Source of the DNA: an uncultured bacterium | GTDB taxonomy: Bacteria > Krumholzibacteriota > Krumholzibacteriia > Krumholzibacteriales > Krumholzibacteriaceae | Assembly (NCBI GenBank): GCA_963786935.1 | Contig: CAWBAN010000001.1 | Span: 384,001-448,000 of the forward strand | Length of the DNA stretch: 64,000 nt | Direction of reading: 5' to 3' | In this document: one piece after another, positions 30,766 through 41,199 of the stretch | Position numbering within the stretch: position 1 is the stretch's first letter | Layout of the letters: every line of letters starts with the position of its first letter | Position numbers and translations under genes: made by a program | Notes under the pieces: model-generated | What the model saw: the letters and a program-made list of their open reading frames with translations, nothing else | What the model was told of the DNA's origin: nothing | The model's database searches: none

Positions 30766-31803
30766 ATGACGACCAGGCATAATTTCATCGATGTGGCCCG
30801 GGGGCTCGCGATCATCTGCGTCGTCGTCGGCCATCTCTCGACCCGCATGGACCCCGCCTACTACCAGGCGCATCTGGTGATCGTCAACTCGCTCGCGTTC
30901 TCGTTCGCCATGCCGTTCTTCTTCATGGTGTCCGCCGTGTTCAACCGGAAGCGCGTGGAGAATCCCGCCCTGTCCGGCGGCGCGTTCGTCAGGAGCATCG
31001 GCGCTTCCATCCTGAAGCCGTTCTACACGCTGAGCCTCCTGTTCATGCTCGTGAACCTGGCCGCTCCGAAATCGCTCGGCCTGCCGGGCGTCGGGGAGAT
31101 GACGCGGGCGCTGCTCATCGAGCAATCATCCGAGAATCTGCCGAGCGGCGTGCTGTGGTTTCTCTTCGTGCTGTTCGTCTTCTCGCTCGGCACGTTCGTC
31201 CTCGTGAGGCTCCTGAAGGTCAACGCGTACTACGTGCTGGCCGGCGCGATTCTGCTGAAGGTCTTCGCGAGCGCCCTGCGTGACACGCACATCCTCGCCG
31301 TCGACAAGATCGCCTATTTCTACGTGCACTATATGGCCGGCTACGTGCTCGCGGAGTTCATCCTGGGCGCGCGCGCGCTCCGGAGTTGGGCGACGATCGC
31401 CGGCAGTTTCGCCTACTGGCTCTTCACGGCCGCTCGCCGCGAGCTGTGGCATCTGCCGTACTCCCGCGTGTACGACTGGATAACGGTCTCGCACGCGCTC
31501 ATCGGCGTATCGGGGAGCCTCTGCCTGCTGGGCGTTTCATCCCGAATCGACGGGCGGTTCCCGTCCGGGGCCGTCACGGGATTCCTCCGATTCTGCGGAA
31601 GAAACTCCATTCTCATCTACGTCTTCCATACGCCCACGTCGCTCGCCGTCGAGAGATTCAACGCTCATTTCGGGCTCGGGAGCAATCCGGCCGGATACGC
31701 GATCCTCTGCGTGACGGGCATCGCTCTGCCGCTTCTGTACGGGAAGATCCTGAGCTACAGCGCGACCGCCTACCGTCTGCTTCTCGGACGCGGCCCGTCG
31801 TGA
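30766..31803 (+). CDS. Acyltransferase family 3 (OafA-like) membrane protein
   Basis: IDVARGLAIICVVVGH, FAMPFFF.VS, LWFL..LF, GRNS..IY.FH. Confidence 0.9.
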   Translation: MTTRHNFIDVARGLAIICVVVGHLSTRMDPAYYQAHLVIVNSLAFSFAMPFFFMVSAVFNRKRVENPALSGGAFVRSIGASILKPFYTLSLLFMLVNLAAPKSLGLPGVGEMTRALLIEQSSENLPSGVLWFLFVLFVFSLGTFVLVRLLKVNAYYVLAGAILLKVFASALRDTHILAVDKIAYFYVHYMAGYVLAEFILGARALRSWATIAGSFAYWLFTAARRELWHLPYSRVYDWITVSHALIGVSGSLCLLGVSSRIDGRFPSGAVTGFLRFCGRNSILIYVFHTPTSLAVERFNAHFGLGSNPAGYAILCVTGIALPLLYGKILSYSATAYRLLLGRGPS

Positions 31804-31956
31804 GCGTCGCGGGCGGCGCCGGCCGCCGCCGGTCGGACGACCCCCGCCAGTCTGCCGGGGACTAATCAGTTGACAGGCCGCTCGTTTCTCGTGTAAACCT
31901 TCGTGTGACACGGCGTTGACCGTGGGATTCCACCCCGCTCCCTCCAAGGAGGAATC

Positions 31957-33948
31957 ATGGAAGACAGGAAAGAGGCGCGCAGGCTTCCGGCGAACGCGTA
32001 CAAGCCGCTCGGCCCCGGCGAGACGTACCAGCCGTACGTCCCGGCGGGCTCGGTCATTCCCGAGATCACGGCCCGCTCGGTCGCCGTCGGCGTTCTCATG
32101 GCGATCATCTTCACCGCGGCCGCCGCGTATCTCGGCCTCAAGATCGGCCAGGTCTTCGAGGCGGCGATCCCGATCGCGATTCTCGCCGTCGGGATGGCCG
32201 GGATCTTCGGGAGACGCAGCTCGATCTCGGAGAACGTGATCATCCAGTCGATCGGGTCGGCGTCCGGCGTCGTGGTCGCCGGGATGATATTCACGCTTCC
32301 CGCGCTCTTCATCCTCGATCTTCCGGTGCGCTTCTACCAGACCTTCCTCGCGGCGCTCCTCGGCGGCTTCCTCGGCATTCTCTTCATCATTCCGCTCCGG
32401 CGCTACTTCGTGAAGGAGCAGCACGGGCTCCTGCCGTTCCCCGAGGGGACGGCGATCGCCGAGGTGCTCGTGACGGGCGAAGGGGGAGGGGAGCAGGCGA
32501 AGGTGCTCATCAAAGCGGCCGCGATCGGCGGGCTCTACGATTTCGCCATCGCCACCTTCGGGCTCTGGCGCGAGGTGATCTCCACGCGCGTCGTTCCGGC
32601 GCTCGCCACGGTCGCCGACAAGGCGAAGCTCGTCGTCAAGATCAACGCCGGCGCCGCCGTCATGGGGCTCGGCTACATCATCGGGCTCAAGTATTCGTCG
32701 ATCATCGCCGCGGGGAGCTTCGTCTCGTGGCTCGTTCTCATCCCGGCCGTGTGGTACTTCGGGCGGAACATCGGCGTGCCCATCGGCACGGCGACGATCC
32801 CGATCGACCAGATGACGGCCGAGCAGATCTTCACGAACTACGTCCGGCACATCGGCATCGGCGGCATCGCCGCGGCGGGGGTCATCGGGATCCTCAAGTC
32901 GTCCCGCATCATCGTTCAGGCGTTTACGGTCGGCTTCAAGGAGATGTTCGCGGGCAAAACGGCCGCGGCCGCCGAGGCGGAGCGGACCGACCGCGACATG
33001 AAGATGTCCGTCGTGATCCTGCTCCTCGTCCTCACGCTCGTTGCCGTATTCGTGTTCTTCGGCGTCGGCGTCGTCGACACGTGGGGTATCGCGGGGCTCG
33101 CCCTCGTCATCGTCGCCGTCATCAGCTTCCTCTTCACGACGGTCGCCGCGCGGGCGATCGCGATCGTCGGCGTCAACCCCGTTTCGGGGATGACGCTCAT
33201 GACCCTCATCCTCTCGAGCGTGATCCTCGTCAAGGCGGGGCTCTCGGGCCCCGCCGGCATGCTCTCCGCGCTCATCATCGGTGGCGTGGTCTGCACGGCG
33301 CTCGCCACGGCGGGCGCCTTCATCAGCGATCTCAAGGTCGGCTACTGGCTCGGGAGCACGCCGCGGAGCCAGGAGCGGTACAAGTTCCTCGGTATCCTCG
33401 TCGCCTCCTTCTGCGTGACGGGCGTGCTGCTGCTGCTCAACAGGGTCTACGGATTCACGGGCCCGGACGCCCTCGCCGCGCCGCAGGCGAACGCGATGGC
33501 CGCGGTGATCAAGGTGCTCATGACGAGCGCGTCCGCGCCGTGGTTCCTCTATCTCGCGGGCATCTTCATGGCGATCACCCTCGAGCTCATCAAGGTGCCG
33601 CCGCTTCCCTTCGCGCTCGGTATGTATCTCCCGATCGAGCTCAATACGCCGCTCCTCGTCGGCGGCTACGTCGCCCATCTCGTCTCGACCCGGAGCAAGA
33701 GCGAGGAGGTCAACACGAAGCGGCGCGAGCGCGGCACGCTCGTCGCGTCCGGCTTCATCGCGGGCGGCGCCCTCATGGGCGTCGTGAGCGCGCTCATCGC
33801 GCTCCCCGGGTGGAACGATAAGCTCAACACGGGCATCGGCGAGCGGCCGATCGGCGAGATTATCAGCATCGTCCTCTTCCTGGGGCTGTGCCTCTACGTG
33901 TACTACGAGTCCAAGAAAGGGGCGTCCGACAAGCCCGCGGCCCGCTAG
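31957..33948 (+). CDS. OPT-family oligopeptide transporter
   Basis: EIT.RS, YLGLK.G, ENVIIQ, LPFPEG.A.AEVL, NPVSGMT, DLK.G.WLG.TP, APQA. Confidence 0.93.
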   Translation: MEDRKEARRLPANAYKPLGPGETYQPYVPAGSVIPEITARSVAVGVLMAIIFTAAAAYLGLKIGQVFEAAIPIAILAVGMAGIFGRRSSISENVIIQSIGSASGVVVAGMIFTLPALFILDLPVRFYQTFLAALLGGFLGILFIIPLRRYFVKEQHGLLPFPEGTAIAEVLVTGEGGGEQAKVLIKAAAIGGLYDFAIATFGLWREVISTRVVPALATVADKAKLVVKINAGAAVMGLGYIIGLKYSSIIAAGSFVSWLVLIPAVWYFGRNIGVPIGTATIPIDQMTAEQIFTNYVRHIGIGGIAAAGVIGILKSSRIIVQAFTVGFKEMFAGKTAAAAEAERTDRDMKMSVVILLLVLTLVAVFVFFGVGVVDTWGIAGLALVIVAVISFLFTTVAARAIAIVGVNPVSGMTLMTLILSSVILVKAGLSGPAGMLSALIIGGVVCTALATAGAFISDLKVGYWLGSTPRSQERYKFLGILVASFCVTGVLLLLNRVYGFTGPDALAAPQANAMAAVIKVLMTSASAPWFLYLAGIFMAITLELIKVPPLPFALGMYLPIELNTPLLVGGYVAHLVSTRSKSEEVNTKRRERGTLVASGFIAGGALMGVVSALIALPGWNDKLNTGIGERPIGEIISIVLFLGLCLYVYYESKKGASDKPAAR

Positions 33949-33968
33949 CCGCCGCGGATAATCGCCCG

Positions 33969-34793
33969 ATGAAGAAGCTCGTCGCCGCCATGGTCTCCGC
34001 CGTCGACCGTCTCATGCCCCGCCCGCGCGTCGGGGGGCGCGAGTCGAGCGAGGCCTATTCGCTCTGGGAATACCGCGTCGCGAAGGGAATTCTCGAATCG
34101 TACGCCGACCGCCTCGGCGATCTGGCCGGCAAGCGCGTGCTCGACATCGGATGCGGGCTCGGCGGGAAGACGGTCGCCTACGCCGAGGCGAAGGCCCGCG
34201 TCACCGGCGTCGATCTGTCCGAGAGCAACATCGCGCGGTGCGCCGCCTTCGCCCGCGAGCGCGGCGTCGACGCGATTTTCGCGGCGGGGGACGCCGAGCG
34301 TCTGCCCTTCGCCGACGGAAGCTTCGACGCGGTCATCGCGAACGATTCGCTCGAGCATTTCGCGAATCCCGAAGCGGCGCTCCGGGAGCTCGCGCGCGTG
34401 CTCGCTCCGGGAGGCTCGGTCTTCCTTTTCTTCACGCCGTGGAAATCGCCGCTCGGGTCCCACCTGTACGACTACGTCCGGACTCCCTGGTGTCACCTGA
34501 TCTACCCGGAATGGCTCATCCGCGAGCTCCTCGCGCGCGAGCTCGCGCGCCGCGGGGAGCGGGATCCGCGCGGCGGAGCCGCCCGGCTCATGGAGGAGTA
34601 CCGGCGTGAGCTCAACCGGATCACGGTGCGCGGCTATCGCCGCATCCTCGGCCGGATCGGGGATCTCGAGATCGTCTACGAGGAGCTGAAGCCGCCGAAG
34701 TACGCGCGGCTCGCGCCGCTCGTCCGCCTTCCGCTGGCCGGCGAGCTCTTCACTGGCACCGTCGTGGGCATTCTCCGGAAAAAGCGGTCGTGA
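33969..34793 (+). CDS. Class I SAM-dependent methyltransferase
   Basis: VLDIGCGLG, GVDLS, GDAERLPFADGSFD.V, LEH, RVL.PGG. Confidence 0.9.
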   Translation: MKKLVAAMVSAVDRLMPRPRVGGRESSEAYSLWEYRVAKGILESYADRLGDLAGKRVLDIGCGLGGKTVAYAEAKARVTGVDLSESNIARCAAFARERGVDAIFAAGDAERLPFADGSFDAVIANDSLEHFANPEAALRELARVLAPGGSVFLFFTPWKSPLGSHLYDYVRTPWCHLIYPEWLIRELLARELARRGERDPRGGAARLMEEYRRELNRITVRGYRRILGRIGDLEIVYEELKPPKYARLAPLVRLPLAGELFTGTVVGILRKKRS

Positions 34794-34899
34794 GGCGCGC
34801 GGCGGGGGCCGAGCGCCGGAGCGGGGCAATCGCCTTGACGCCCCCGCGGCGGATGTGATAGTTCTTGGCGGGCGCCGCAGCCGACATTACATTGAAGGT

Positions 34900-36081
34900 A
34901 TGAAATTGAAACATCTTTTCTGGATCATCGCCGCTTTGCTCGCCGTCGCGCCGTCGTGCAGCTCGGATCCCGAGGGGCCGGTGGCCGAGCAGTTCATCGA
35001 TGACGGCACGTTCGGGGTCAAGGGAGGGGAGATCAGCCGCGTCGTCGTTCCGGCGAGCGCGGTCACGGTTACCGTGCCGCAGGGAGTCGGCACGGGACGT
35101 CTCCTCCTCCTCGGCAGGCTCAAGGGGATCGAGTACCGGGCGATCCTGCTCAAGTTCGATTTTACGCTCGCCGAGGGGGACGCGGGGAAAACGATCTCGT
35201 CCGCCCGGCTCCATCTCCCGATCGTCGTGGCGACGCCGGAGGATTTCAGGCTGCCCGTGACCTATCACGAGCTGCTCACGACGTTCAGCGACACGTCGAG
35301 CATCGTCGAGGTGCCGCCGTACGATCCGGCGGCGATAAGCGATTCGCTCGGCGGAACGGTCGATACGCTCGACATCGAATCGACCGAGTACGACATCGAC
35401 ACGTCCTATGTGAACGCGTGGCTTGCGGGGAGACGGGAACCCAAGGGAATCGCGATCGTGTGGGCGGCGGTTCCCGACACGACGACCTCGCTCGAGTTCA
35501 AGGCGACCGAGTACGGATCCGATCCCCCCTCGGTGCGCGTGACATTCACGGACGGCACCTCAACCGCGTTCGGCGCGACCGACGACTATTCGGTCGCTCT
35601 GTTCAACGAGCCGGGCCTCAACTGCGTCGGCGGCATCGCGCGGAGAATCGCGTTCACGTTCGATCCGGCGGGCATTCCCGAGCGCGCGATGGTGAACGGC
35701 GCGTTTCTCGTGCTCAAGATGCGCGGAGACCAGGGATTCGGGGGGGCGACGGGGGAGCAGCTCGTGATCGGGTATACGGCTCAATTCCTCTACTATCTCT
35801 ACGCCCCCGATTCGGCCGATACGCTGTCGGCCGGCTTCCTCGAAGGCACGGGCGTCGATCAGAACGCGTTCGATCCGGCGATCTCGAGGACGGTTAAGTT
35901 CCCACTCCGGGGCTACATGGCGGACGTCCTTCGAAAGGCCCGGGCGAACACGGGGCTCGTGCTCCAGTCGAACCTGGAGGAGAGCCGCATCCAGCGCGCC
36001 TGCTTCGTGTCCTCCGGCGACGACGCGCCGTACATCGAGATCTACTATTCGCTCCCCGCCGATTTCGGAGGCTCGCCATGA
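34900..36081 (+). CDS. Hypothetical beta-rich lipoprotein
   Basis: Signal peptide ending VAPSC; translationally coupled to the following gene. Confidence 0.7.
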   Translation: MKLKHLFWIIAALLAVAPSCSSDPEGPVAEQFIDDGTFGVKGGEISRVVVPASAVTVTVPQGVGTGRLLLLGRLKGIEYRAILLKFDFTLAEGDAGKTISSARLHLPIVVATPEDFRLPVTYHELLTTFSDTSSIVEVPPYDPAAISDSLGGTVDTLDIESTEYDIDTSYVNAWLAGRREPKGIAIVWAAVPDTTTSLEFKATEYGSDPPSVRVTFTDGTSTAFGATDDYSVALFNEPGLNCVGGIARRIAFTFDPAGIPERAMVNGAFLVLKMRGDQGFGGATGEQLVIGYTAQFLYYLYAPDSADTLSAGFLEGTGVDQNAFDPAISRTVKFPLRGYMADVLRKARANTGLVLQSNLEESRIQRACFVSSGDDAPYIEIYYSLPADFGGSP

Positions 36082-37292
36082 GAACGAAGGCCTTCACGGC
36101 GGCCCTCGCGGCGGCGATGCTGCTCGCGATCGGATGGGGCGATCCCGCGGCGGCCCAATCGATCTTCGGCATCAACTTCCTCGGAGAGCACCAGTTCCCC
36201 GGCAGCGCGCGCTACCGCGCGCTCGGATTCTCGTCGTACGCCGCGATCGACACGGCGAGCGCCGTCGCCGCGAACCCGGCCTGCCTCGCCGACCTCACGC
36301 GGGTGACGTTTTCCCTCGTCGAGATCACGAGCGTCGCGAACGTCCGGACCGGCGACGCCGCGGCGTACGAGAGCCGCTTCCAGCTTCCGTTCGTCATGAT
36401 CGGCGTGCCGCTGCGGAGGGGCCTCGTATTCGCTCTGGGATATCAGACCTCGTTCTCGGGCAAGGGGGATTTCACGTACAGCGTTCCCCTCGAGGACTCT
36501 CCGAAGGCATACGAGGATTACCGCCATCGGAGCGGCCTCTTCAGCGTTCCGTTCACCCTTGCATGGCGGCCCCGGCCGTGGGCCCGGGTGGCGGGCGCCT
36601 ATAACCTCGAGCGCGGCTCGATCACCGACATCTACCGCGTCTATTTCATCGGGGAATATTTCTCGACGATGGAATCGAAGCGCGAGAGGGGATTCTCCGG
36701 GGACTCCTGGTCCGCATCGTTGCTCGTGAGCCCCCATAAGCGGCTTTCGATCGGCCTCGGGTGGAACGGGGGCGTCGACTACGGGGGAGACGAGACGTTC
36801 ACGTACACGCGCTCCGAGCTCGATTCGCTGGCGCCGTGGCGATTCGAGATCCCGTCGTCGTGGGAAGCCGGCGCGGCGTTCGGCATCAACGACAACTGGT
36901 GGCTGAGCGCACACTACTGGCGGCGGAGCGGCCCGGAGCCCCGCGGTTTCGAGCAGCTCGCCGGATCGATATCGGACGAAGAGCTCATGGCGTTCGGCAT
37001 CGAGAAGCGGCACGCGGGGACGGGAGTCTTTTTCCTGAGGATTCCCATGCGGCTCGGGTTCTACGAGAACAGCTGGCATTTCGAGTATCCGGCGGGGCAG
37101 CAGGTGAAATCGCGGTTCGTCACGTTCGGAACGGGATTCGCCATGCCCGGCGGCCCCGGCGAGCTGGACCTCTCGTTCGAGTTCGGGCAGATCGGCTCGC
37201 TCGGCGGCAACGGCGTGGATGAACGGGTCTTCAGGCTGGCGATCGGCCTGAGCGCTTCGGAGAGCTGGTCGAGGCGCAAGCCGGCGAACTGA
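36078..37292 (+). CDS. Outer-membrane beta-barrel protein, FadL/PorV-like
   Basis: Signal peptide; SAR..ALG and NPA.LA N-terminal motifs; amphipathic aromatic-rich strands. Confidence 0.72.
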   Translation: MRTKAFTAALAAAMLLAIGWGDPAAAQSIFGINFLGEHQFPGSARYRALGFSSYAAIDTASAVAANPACLADLTRVTFSLVEITSVANVRTGDAAAYESRFQLPFVMIGVPLRRGLVFALGYQTSFSGKGDFTYSVPLEDSPKAYEDYRHRSGLFSVPFTLAWRPRPWARVAGAYNLERGSITDIYRVYFIGEYFSTMESKRERGFSGDSWSASLLVSPHKRLSIGLGWNGGVDYGGDETFTYTRSELDSLAPWRFEIPSSWEAGAAFGINDNWWLSAHYWRRSGPEPRGFEQLAGSISDEELMAFGIEKRHAGTGVFFLRIPMRLGFYENSWHFEYPAGQQVKSRFVTFGTGFAMPGGPGELDLSFEFGQIGSLGGNGVDERVFRLAIGLSASESWSRRKPAN

Positions 37293-37318
37293 CGAACGGC
37301 CCGCGAAGGTTCCGGATC

Positions 37319-37999
37319 ATGATTCGTCCGCTCCACATCATCCTTATCCTCGCATTCGCGTCGGCGGCGCCGCGCGCCTGTCCCGCGCAGCAGGGATCTC
37401 CGTCCGGGCCGGATTCGCTCGGTCTCATGCTCGAGGGGCTCGCCCCCGCTCCCCGCATCGCGTATCTCATGTATTTGCTCGAAACGCGGCGGGACGATCC
37501 CGAGGTTCATTTCCAGCTCGGCGTCGCCTACCACGAGGCGGAGAAGCCCGATTCGGCGCTGCGCTACTACGAGAAGGCGGTCGAGCTTGCCCCGGGCCTC
37601 TCGAAGGCGTACGTCAACATGGGGGTGCTCTTCGACGGTCAGAACAAGCGGAGCGAGGCGATCCGCATGTTCGAGCGGGCGATCGAGGTCAATCCGAACG
37701 ATCTCCTCGCGCACGCGCACGCCGCCTACACGCTCTTCGGCGCGGGGGATTACGAGGCCGCCGACGCGCATATCTCGAAGGCGCTCGCGATCGATTCCCT
37801 CGATCCCCAGCCGCATTTCTATCTCGCGATCTTCTTCTGGGAAAGCGGCATGTTCAAGGAGTCGCTCGCCGAGTGGGAGAAGGTGGTCGCGTGCGCTCCG
37901 GGCGGCGATCTCGCGGAGAAGGCGCGGGAGAACATCGCGATCCTCCAGCATGCGCTCCTCGCGCCCGCCGGCGAAGACGTTCCGCCCCCCCGGCCGTGA
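37319..37999 (+). CDS. Exported tetratricopeptide-repeat protein
   Basis: Repeated HFQLG..Y, A...YEKA.EL.P, AY.NMG patterns. Confidence 0.85.
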   Translation: MIRPLHIILILAFASAAPRACPAQQGSPSGPDSLGLMLEGLAPAPRIAYLMYLLETRRDDPEVHFQLGVAYHEAEKPDSALRYYEKAVELAPGLSKAYVNMGVLFDGQNKRSEAIRMFERAIEVNPNDLLAHAHAAYTLFGAGDYEAADAHISKALAIDSLDPQPHFYLAIFFWESGMFKESLAEWEKVVACAPGGDLAEKARENIAILQHALLAPAGEDVPPPRP

Positions 38000-38108
38000 A
38001 GCGAACTCGCGTCTTGACAGGGGCGAGGCGGTTGCCCTAATTATGAGTGGGATGGGAAGAATGGCGAGTCGGGACCCGGTGAACCATCGACGCAGAAAGG
38101 GAGAAACC

Positions 38109-39263
38109 GTGAAGAAGGCAATTATTCTCGTTTCGGTCATCGCGCTTCTTGCGATTGTTGGCTGCGCCTCGGGCGGGAAGAAGGATGTCGCTGAGGGAGG
38201 CGACTCCGGGCAGACGACGAAGGACGCGAGCGGCTTCGAAACGAACATCACGCCCGCGAAGATCCATTACCAGTCGGCCATGCAGTTTCTCTCGGCCAGC
38301 AACTACGACGAAGCGGTGAGCCATCTCAGGACGGCGACGTCGATGGACCCGAACTATCTCGAAGCGTGGGCCGAACTCGGGCGTACGTACCTGAAGATCA
38401 AGAACTTCCAGGGCAGCATCGACGCGTATCAGCGCGCGCTCGCGCTGTCGCCCAACAACCCGGCGTTCTTCGCGGCGCTCGGCCGGGCGTATCTCCAGCT
38501 CGAGAACATGGACAAGGCCGAGGAGTATTACCAGAAGCTCATCGCTCAGGATTCGCTGAGCTACGACGGGCACGTGTCGCTCGGCTTCGTCTACCTGAAG
38601 AAGAACGACGCGGACCGCGCGATTTATCACTACGAGATGGCCGTCAAGGCGCAGCCCAACGACGCGACCTCGCTCGGAACCCTCGCCTCGCTCTACGAGA
38701 AGAAGGGGAACGACGAAAAGAGAATCGAGTGCCTGAAACGCGCGATCGAGGTCGCCCCCGACAATTACCGGTTCAAGGTGCAGCTCGGCTCGGCCTACAT
38801 GAAAAAGAAGGATTTCGAGAACGCGCTCCCCGTCTTCGAGGAGCTCAGCAAACAGTACCCCGACGAGGCGGCGTATCATCAGAATCTCGGGCTCATACTC
38901 TCGCAGATGCCCGATCGCAAGGCGCAGGCCCCCGCGGAGCTCGAGAGGACGCTCGAGCTCAAGGGAAGCGATCCGTACATCAGCGGCATTCTCGCGCTCG
39001 TGTACCGGGAGCTCGGTCAGTATCAGAAGGCCATCGCCGCGGCGAAGAAGGGGCTCGAGGGCGACGCCACGCAGCAGGCGCCGCTCCTCTACTACCAGTG
39101 GGGCGCCGCGCTCTCCAAGCTCGAAGCCTACGACGAAGCGATCGCGATGTTCGAGAAGGTCGTCGCGACGAAGGATCCGCAATGGTCCGAGGCGGCGAGG
39201 AAGGAGATCGACCGGCAGGTGCGACTGAAGAAGATCGCCGAGCAGAAAAAAGCGCAGCAGTAA
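38109..39263 (+). CDS. TPR-repeat lipoprotein
   Basis: GTG start with RBS, lipobox IVGC, multiple TPRs. Confidence 0.87.
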   Translation: MKKAIILVSVIALLAIVGCASGGKKDVAEGGDSGQTTKDASGFETNITPAKIHYQSAMQFLSASNYDEAVSHLRTATSMDPNYLEAWAELGRTYLKIKNFQGSIDAYQRALALSPNNPAFFAALGRAYLQLENMDKAEEYYQKLIAQDSLSYDGHVSLGFVYLKKNDADRAIYHYEMAVKAQPNDATSLGTLASLYEKKGNDEKRIECLKRAIEVAPDNYRFKVQLGSAYMKKKDFENALPVFEELSKQYPDEAAYHQNLGLILSQMPDRKAQAPAELERTLELKGSDPYISGILALVYRELGQYQKAIAAAKKGLEGDATQQAPLLYYQWGAALSKLEAYDEAIAMFEKVVATKDPQWSEAARKEIDRQVRLKKIAEQKKAQQ

Positions 39264-39312
39264 AGGGATCGACGCCGGCGTGATCGCAGGCGCTCGCATC
39301 GCGCATTCGCAC

Positions 39313-39340
39313 GAAGCCTCCCCGGCGACGGGGAGGCTTC
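39313..39340. other. Perfect 12-bp stem-loop with GCGA tetraloop (mRNA stabiliser or U-less terminator)
   Basis: GAAGCCTCCCCG-GCGA-CGGGGAGGCTTC between the TPR and PPIase genes. Confidence 0.55.
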
Positions 39341-39366
39341 GCGTTCTCGAGACTGGAGGTGCCGCC

Positions 39367-39962
39367 ATGGTTCCCGCTCGCATCATCTCTCCGGAGGCCG
39401 TCGGAAGGGCGCTCAGGCTCGGAGCGGCTCTCGCGCTCGTCGGGCTCGTTTGCGCGATTCCGCCCGCGCACGCCCGCGCGCAGGCCGACTCGACGGCCGC
39501 CGCGCCGGCGGGGGGAAGGAGGCGGCGAGCGTTTCCGCCGCGCCGCCCCGCATGGTCATCGAGACGGAGAAGCGCGGGAAGATCGTGATCGAGCTCTATC
39601 CGGCGCACGCCCCGAAAACGGTCGAACGCATCACGAGCCTCGTTCGAGCGGGTTTCTACGACGGGCTTCCGTTCCACCGGGTCGAGACGTACGTCATCCA
39701 GACCGGTTCGGCCGAGAGCGATCTGCCGCGGCTCGAAGGGGAGATGTTCAGCCAGAAGCTCACGCACGAGGAGGGGATGGTCGGGATGGCGAGGTTCCCC
39801 GACGACTACGACAGCGCGACGACGCAGTTCTACATCTGCAAGGAGCGCAAGCCGCTTTGGAACAACGAGTACACGCTGTTCGGAAAGGTGGTCGAGGGGA
39901 TCGAGGTCGTGCGCAAGATCAAGAAGGGGGACAAGATCAAGACCATCACGATCGTGCCCTAG
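39367..39962 (+). CDS. Exported cyclophilin-type peptidyl-prolyl isomerase; apparent frameshift in the G-run near 39510-39515
   Basis: IELYP..APKTV, FYDGL.FHRV, GMVGMAR, SATTQFYI, YTLFGKV..G; signal peptide lies in a different frame. Confidence 0.88.
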
Positions 39963-40017
39963 GCGCGGGTCATTTTCTCTCGCAAACCCCTGCGTCATCG
40001 TATATAGTGAAAGTGCC

Positions 40018-41199
40018 ATGACTGCTGAAAAGAACCGTCCGCGACGAGTTTACTTCGACCATAACGCGACGACGTACATGCGGCAGGAGGTCGTCGACGC
40101 CATGCTCCCGTATTTCAGGGAGCGCTTCGGCAACGCATCGAGCCTCCACTTCTTCGGGCAGGAGAATCGCGACGCGATCGACGGCGCCCGTGGGGCTCTC
40201 GCCTCGCTCATCGGCGCCGAGCCCGAGGAAGTGATCTTCACGTCCGGCGGCACCGAGTCGGACAACCTCGCGATCCGCGGCGCCCTGCGGGCGAGGCGGA
40301 GATTCTCTCCGGCGAATCACGTCGTCACGTCGCAGATCGAGCACCCGGCCGTCCTCAAGACCTGCGGGGATCTCGAGGAGGAAGGGCGCCGCGTGACGTA
40401 CGTGCCGTGCGACCGCAGCGGCGTCGTGCGGCTCGACGTCCTCGAAGCGGCGCTCACCCCCGACACCGCGGTCGTCAGCGTCATGCTCGCGAACAACGAG
40501 ACGGGGGTCATCCAGCCGGTCAGGGAAATCGCGGCGCTCGTCCACGCGCGCGGCGCCGTTTTCCACGTGGACGCGGTGCAGGGCGTGGGGAAAATCCCGG
40601 TCGACGTCGACGATCTCGGCGTCGATCTGCTCTCGATCTCGGCGCACAAGCTCTACGGCCCGAAGGGCATCGGCGCCCTCTACGTGCGGCGCGGCACGCC
40701 CCTCGAGCCGGTCTATACCGGCGGAAGCCACGAATGCGGGCTGCGCCCCGGCACGGAGAACATTCCGGGCATCGTCGGCTTCGGCGAAGCGGCGCGCCTC
40801 TCGAAGGAGCTCCTGAGCGGCGAGATGGCGCGCATCGGCGCCCTTCGCGACCGTCTCGAGCGGGGAACGGCGGCGCGCGTCGACGACGTCGTCGTCGCCG
40901 GCGGCTCGGCGCCCCGCGTCCCGAACACGAGCGCCATGATCGTCGCGCGCGTCGAGGGCGAGGCGATCACGCTGCGGCTCAGCATGCTCGGATTCGCGAT
41001 CTCGAGCGGGAGCGCCTGCGCGAGCGGCGCGAGCGAGGCGAGCTACGTGCTCACCGCCATGGGTTTCGATCCGGGGACGGCGCAGGGAGGGATCCGGGTC
41101 AGCCTCGGCATCGACAATACGGAAGACGAGGTGGACGCGTTCCTCGACGAGTTCCCCCGCGTGGTCGCCCGGCTGCGTGAGCTCTCCCCCCTCAAATGA
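40018..41199 (+). CDS. iscS: Cysteine desulfurase (IscS/NifS type)
   Basis: YFDHNATT, GNASS.H, FTSGGTESDN, ANNETG, HVDAVQ, SAHKLYGPKG, SSGSACAS. Confidence 0.93.
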   Translation: MTAEKNRPRRVYFDHNATTYMRQEVVDAMLPYFRERFGNASSLHFFGQENRDAIDGARGALASLIGAEPEEVIFTSGGTESDNLAIRGALRARRRFSPANHVVTSQIEHPAVLKTCGDLEEEGRRVTYVPCDRSGVVRLDVLEAALTPDTAVVSVMLANNETGVIQPVREIAALVHARGAVFHVDAVQGVGKIPVDVDDLGVDLLSISAHKLYGPKGIGALYVRRGTPLEPVYTGGSHECGLRPGTENIPGIVGFGEAARLSKELLSGEMARIGALRDRLERGTAARVDDVVVAGGSAPRVPNTSAMIVARVEGEAITLRLSMLGFAISSGSACASGASEASYVLTAMGFDPGTAQGGIRVSLGIDNTEDEVDAFLDEFPRVVARLRELSPLK

